From Eledone cirrhosa (Eukaryota): DNA of 64,000 nucleotides. Location: positions 52,018,001 to 52,082,000 of the forward strand of contig OZ024749.1 of the NCBI GenBank assembly GCA_964016885.1, written 5' to 3'. Of the stretch, positions 63,401-64,000 are shown piece after piece. The notes under the pieces were generated by a model, which was not told the DNA's origin, ran no database searches, and saw only the letters and a program-made list of their open reading frames with translations. Both the position numbers and the translations under genes were made by a program. Numbering within the stretch: position 1 is the stretch's first letter; each line of letters opens with the position of its first letter.

Positions 63401-63996
63401 CAATCATGTGAACAATTAAGAATATAAAAATATTTGCTTAATGATATTGCCTTCCCAATGTATCAAGTGACACCCACAAGGCTGCTTGGTTATTCCGGTA
63501 TCATAGCCTCCTCACTATTATCAATAACAATGCTGTTAGTGTGTTGCACAGTTGCACACAGACAAACACATACAGATAAATACATGCACACATACACAGA
63601 CACATACACACAGACATATACACACATGCATACATGAACACTTCCATAAAATGGTAAAATGCTGTGTAAAATATTTAAAAACAATAAACACATCATAGAA
63701 AACATTAAGTATTAAAAAAAGTACCTCAAAGAGATCTGCATCTTCTTCAAGAAATTTTGGTAAGTTGCTGTCTCTTAAGGATCTTATTAAGAGGATGTTT
63801 TCATTTTGTTTTTTATTTTGTCTTTTAGAAGTTCCAGCCATAACTAAAACAGATTTGATGGCCCTCATTCCAAAGTCATAATGATCCTGCTGTGATAACT
63901 GCTCACTACATAATTTGTACATCTGGGTTATTTTTTGAGCCAACACTTTGGAAGATTGAAAACCTTCCGAGTATAAAATCACTTCAGCAATCAAAC
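35865..63996 (-). CDS. DNAH6: Dynein axonemal heavy chain 6-like, 3' portion (end of AAA1 to C-terminus), 46 exons, 7646 coding nt; 5' part outside window
   Basis: P-loops [24 protein letters not shown]; stalk coiled coil; C-terminus [16 protein letters not shown] resembles DNAH6 as recalled; all junction phases join without stops. Confidence 0.9.
36172..36391 (-). CDS. DNAH6: DNAH6 exon w45
   Basis: [17 protein letters not shown]...YCCPIYKT. Confidence 0.92.
36531..36731. mobile_element. piggyBac-like MITE
   Basis: TTAA-flanked; homologous to 43705-43931 and 56802-57016. Confidence 0.7.
36773..36936 (-). CDS. DNAH6: DNAH6 exon w44
   Basis: [22 protein letters not shown]. Confidence 0.92.
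37508..37754 (-). CDS. DNAH6: DNAH6 exon w43
   Basis: AIKGLIVM...[15 protein letters not shown]...[10 protein letters not shown]. Confidence 0.92.
38586..38672 (-). CDS. DNAH6: DNAH6 exon w42
   Basis: [29 protein letters not shown]. Confidence 0.9.
38938..39108 (-). CDS. DNAH6: DNAH6 exon w41
   Basis: [17 protein letters not shown]...SNDDIV...DLFK. Confidence 0.9.
39629..39750 (-). CDS. DNAH6: DNAH6 exon w40
   Basis: [25 protein letters not shown]. Confidence 0.92.
40013..40127 (-). CDS. DNAH6: DNAH6 exon w39
   Basis: [20 protein letters not shown]...YSPS. Confidence 0.92.
40678..40779 (-). CDS. DNAH6: DNAH6 exon w38
   Basis: [12 protein letters not shown]...[12 protein letters not shown]. 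Confidence 0.92.
41028..41128 (-). CDS. DNAH6: DNAH6 exon w37
   Basis: [29 protein letters not shown]. Confidence 0.92.
41337..41577 (-). CDS. DNAH6: DNAH6 exon w36
   Basis: [10 protein letters not shown]...FRLFLSS...[19 protein letters not shown]. Confidence 0.92.
41721..41814 (-). CDS. DNAH6: DNAH6 exon w35
   Basis: [15 protein letters not shown]...GDWVFLQ. Confidence 0.92.
42030..42220 (-). CDS. DNAH6: DNAH6 exon w34
   Basis: [15 protein letters not shown]...[13 protein letters not shown]. Confidence 0.92.
42695..42832 (-). CDS. DNAH6: DNAH6 exon w33
   Basis: IYANPE...[21 protein letters not shown]. Confidence 0.86.
43303..43449 (-). CDS. DNAH6: DNAH6 exon w32
   Basis: Open 147-nt AG/GT exon [16 protein letters not shown]...KLGDTQ; variable region. 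Confidence 0.82.
43705..43931. mobile_element. piggyBac-like MITE
   Basis: TTAA-CCTTTTAGCCTTTA...TAAATGGTAAAGGG-TTAA. Confidence 0.75.
44146..44272 (-). CDS. DNAH6: DNAH6 exon w31
   Basis: [18 protein letters not shown]...EWNFFLRG. Confidence 0.9.
44608..44714 (-). CDS. DNAH6: DNAH6 exon w30
   Basis: LFNFTI...YKNVSR. Confidence 0.88.
44930..45227. repeat. GAA/GGA-rich polypurine tract
   Basis: Directly visible. Confidence 0.85.
45235..45414 (-). CDS. DNAH6: DNAH6 exon w29
   Basis: [38 protein letters not shown]. Confidence 0.92.
45433..45632. mobile_element. mariner-like MITE
   Basis: Reverse copy of 24780-24984. Confidence 0.65.
45846..46026 (-). CDS. DNAH6: DNAH6 exon w28
   Basis: [11 protein letters not shown]...[19 protein letters not shown]. 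Confidence 0.92.
46228..46400 (-). CDS. DNAH6: DNAH6 exon w27
   Basis: [39 protein letters not shown]. Confidence 0.92.
47395..47580 (-). CDS. DNAH6: DNAH6 exon w26
   Basis: ASTWIQSKE...[18 protein letters not shown]. Confidence 0.92.
48144..48446 (-). CDS. DNAH6: DNAH6 exon w25
   Basis: [17 protein letters not shown]...GLPRD...[11 protein letters not shown]. Confidence 0.92.
48678..48915 (-). CDS. DNAH6: DNAH6 exon w24
   Basis: LHAAQSELD...[19 protein letters not shown]. Confidence 0.92.
49370..49452 (-). CDS. DNAH6: DNAH6 exon w23
   Basis: [27 protein letters not shown]. Confidence 0.92.
49896..50058 (-). CDS. DNAH6: DNAH6 exon w22
   Basis: [27 protein letters not shown]...EKTSK. Confidence 0.92.
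50585..50694 (-). CDS. DNAH6: DNAH6 exon w21 (microtubule-binding domain)
   Basis: [34 protein letters not shown]. Confidence 0.92.
50798..51138. mobile_element. pogo/Tigger-like MITE
   Basis: TA-CAGTGGAACCTCAGTTCACAAAC ... GTTTGTGAACCAAGGTTCCACTG-TA inverted termini. Confidence 0.8.
51460..51585 (-). CDS. DNAH6: DNAH6 exon w20
   Basis: [37 protein letters not shown]. Confidence 0.92.
52331..52511 (-). CDS. DNAH6: DNAH6 exon w19
   Basis: [19 protein letters not shown]...LEPELKQKS. Confidence 0.9.
52830..52984 (-). CDS. DNAH6: DNAH6 exon w18
   Basis: [14 protein letters not shown]...[12 protein letters not shown]. Confidence 0.92.
53627..53810 (-). CDS. DNAH6: DNAH6 exon w17
   Basis: [35 protein letters not shown]. 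Confidence 0.92.
54326..54507 (-). CDS. DNAH6: DNAH6 exon w16
   Basis: [22 protein letters not shown]...INRVR. Confidence 0.92.
54661..54960. repeat. 21/24-bp tandem repeat of a DNAH6 exon end plus splice donor
   Basis: Minus-strand unit gtaatgatatttacagatacccag. Confidence 0.9.
54949..55099 (-). CDS. DNAH6: DNAH6 exon w15
   Basis: [19 protein letters not shown]...TVFLFTDNQ; donor choice ambiguous (see findings). Confidence 0.88.
55280..55443 (-). CDS. DNAH6: DNAH6 exon w14 (AAA4 P-loop)
   Basis: [42 protein letters not shown]. Confidence 0.92.
55688..55819 (-). CDS. DNAH6: DNAH6 exon w13
   Basis: [17 protein letters not shown]...ILEQ. Confidence 0.88.
56518..56681 (-). CDS. DNAH6: DNAH6 exon w12
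   Basis: ILQCD...[16 protein letters not shown]. Confidence 0.92.
56802..57016. mobile_element. piggyBac-like MITE
   Basis: TTAA-CGCTTTAGCA...TGCTAAAAGG-TTAA. Confidence 0.75.
57157..57328 (-). CDS. DNAH6: DNAH6 exon w11
   Basis: SILTGFF...[21 protein letters not shown]. Confidence 0.92.
57618..57749 (-). CDS. DNAH6: DNAH6 exon w10
   Basis: [26 protein letters not shown]. Confidence 0.92.
58304..58461 (-). CDS. DNAH6: DNAH6 exon w9
   Basis: [52 protein letters not shown]. Confidence 0.92.
58950..59097 (-). CDS. DNAH6: DNAH6 exon w8
   Basis: SLIGHGLL...[27 protein letters not shown]. Confidence 0.9.
59460..59512 (+). ncRNA. Type I hammerhead ribozyme motif with weak stem II
   Basis: ggt-CTGACGA-g...c-GAAA-cgcgtg-TC-acc followed by AATAAA. 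Confidence 0.65.
59593..59814 (-). CDS. DNAH6: DNAH6 exon w7 (AAA3 P-loop)
   Basis: LPVSGDLW...[13 protein letters not shown]. Confidence 0.92.
60261..60488 (-). CDS. DNAH6: DNAH6 exon w6
   Basis: [16 protein letters not shown]...FSYLWGLGG...DAK. Confidence 0.88.
60707..60890 (-). CDS. DNAH6: DNAH6 exon w5
   Basis: [20 protein letters not shown]...QTIQQ. Confidence 0.9.
60950..61190 (-). mobile_element. tRNA-derived SINE
   Basis: Reverse copy of the 768-1010 family. Confidence 0.7.
61615..61811 (-). CDS. DNAH6: DNAH6 exon w4
   Basis: [34 protein letters not shown]...ASPATVSR. Confidence 0.92.
62295..62480 (-). CDS. DNAH6: DNAH6 exon w3
   Basis: VLKDVL...[13 protein letters not shown]...EWNDGL. 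Confidence 0.9.
62808..63093. mobile_element. mariner-like MITE plus partial inverted copy
   Basis: tatgagggttggctgaaaagttcata terminus; homologous to 24780-24984. Confidence 0.65.
63126..63338 (-). CDS. DNAH6: DNAH6 exon w2 (AAA2 P-loop)
   Basis: AILQDLFPG...[20 protein letters not shown]. Confidence 0.92.
63725..63996 (-). CDS. DNAH6: DNAH6 exon w1
   Basis: [12 protein letters not shown]...[10 protein letters not shown]...DLFE. Confidence 0.9.
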
Positions 63997-64000
63997 CTGA

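Overview
AT-rich, microsatellite- and SINE-dense animal genomic DNA, probably an octopus (inferred from repeat families recalled from memory, not searched). Three spliced genes lie on the minus strand. (1) The 3' ~2,550 codons of axonemal dynein heavy chain DNAH6: 46 phase-consistent GT-AG exons at 35865-63996, with the 5' part beyond the window. (2) A complete 5-exon SPRYD7 at 27702-33139. (3) The last three exons of the PP2C phosphatase PPM1L at 12004-14983; its first coding exon was not found and probably lies in the 200-N gap. Most ORFs in the supplied track are spurious or partial exons. The most notable non-obvious structures are: four sequence-unrelated type I hammerhead ribozyme motifs plus a degenerate fifth, mostly in short inserts between TA repeats, one sense to SPRYD7 pre-mRNA; four local duplications of DNAH6 splice junctions, including an in-frame ladder of donors repeating the AAA4 Walker-B segment; and tandem amplification of a SINE Pol III A-box head. 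All coordinates were read by eye.
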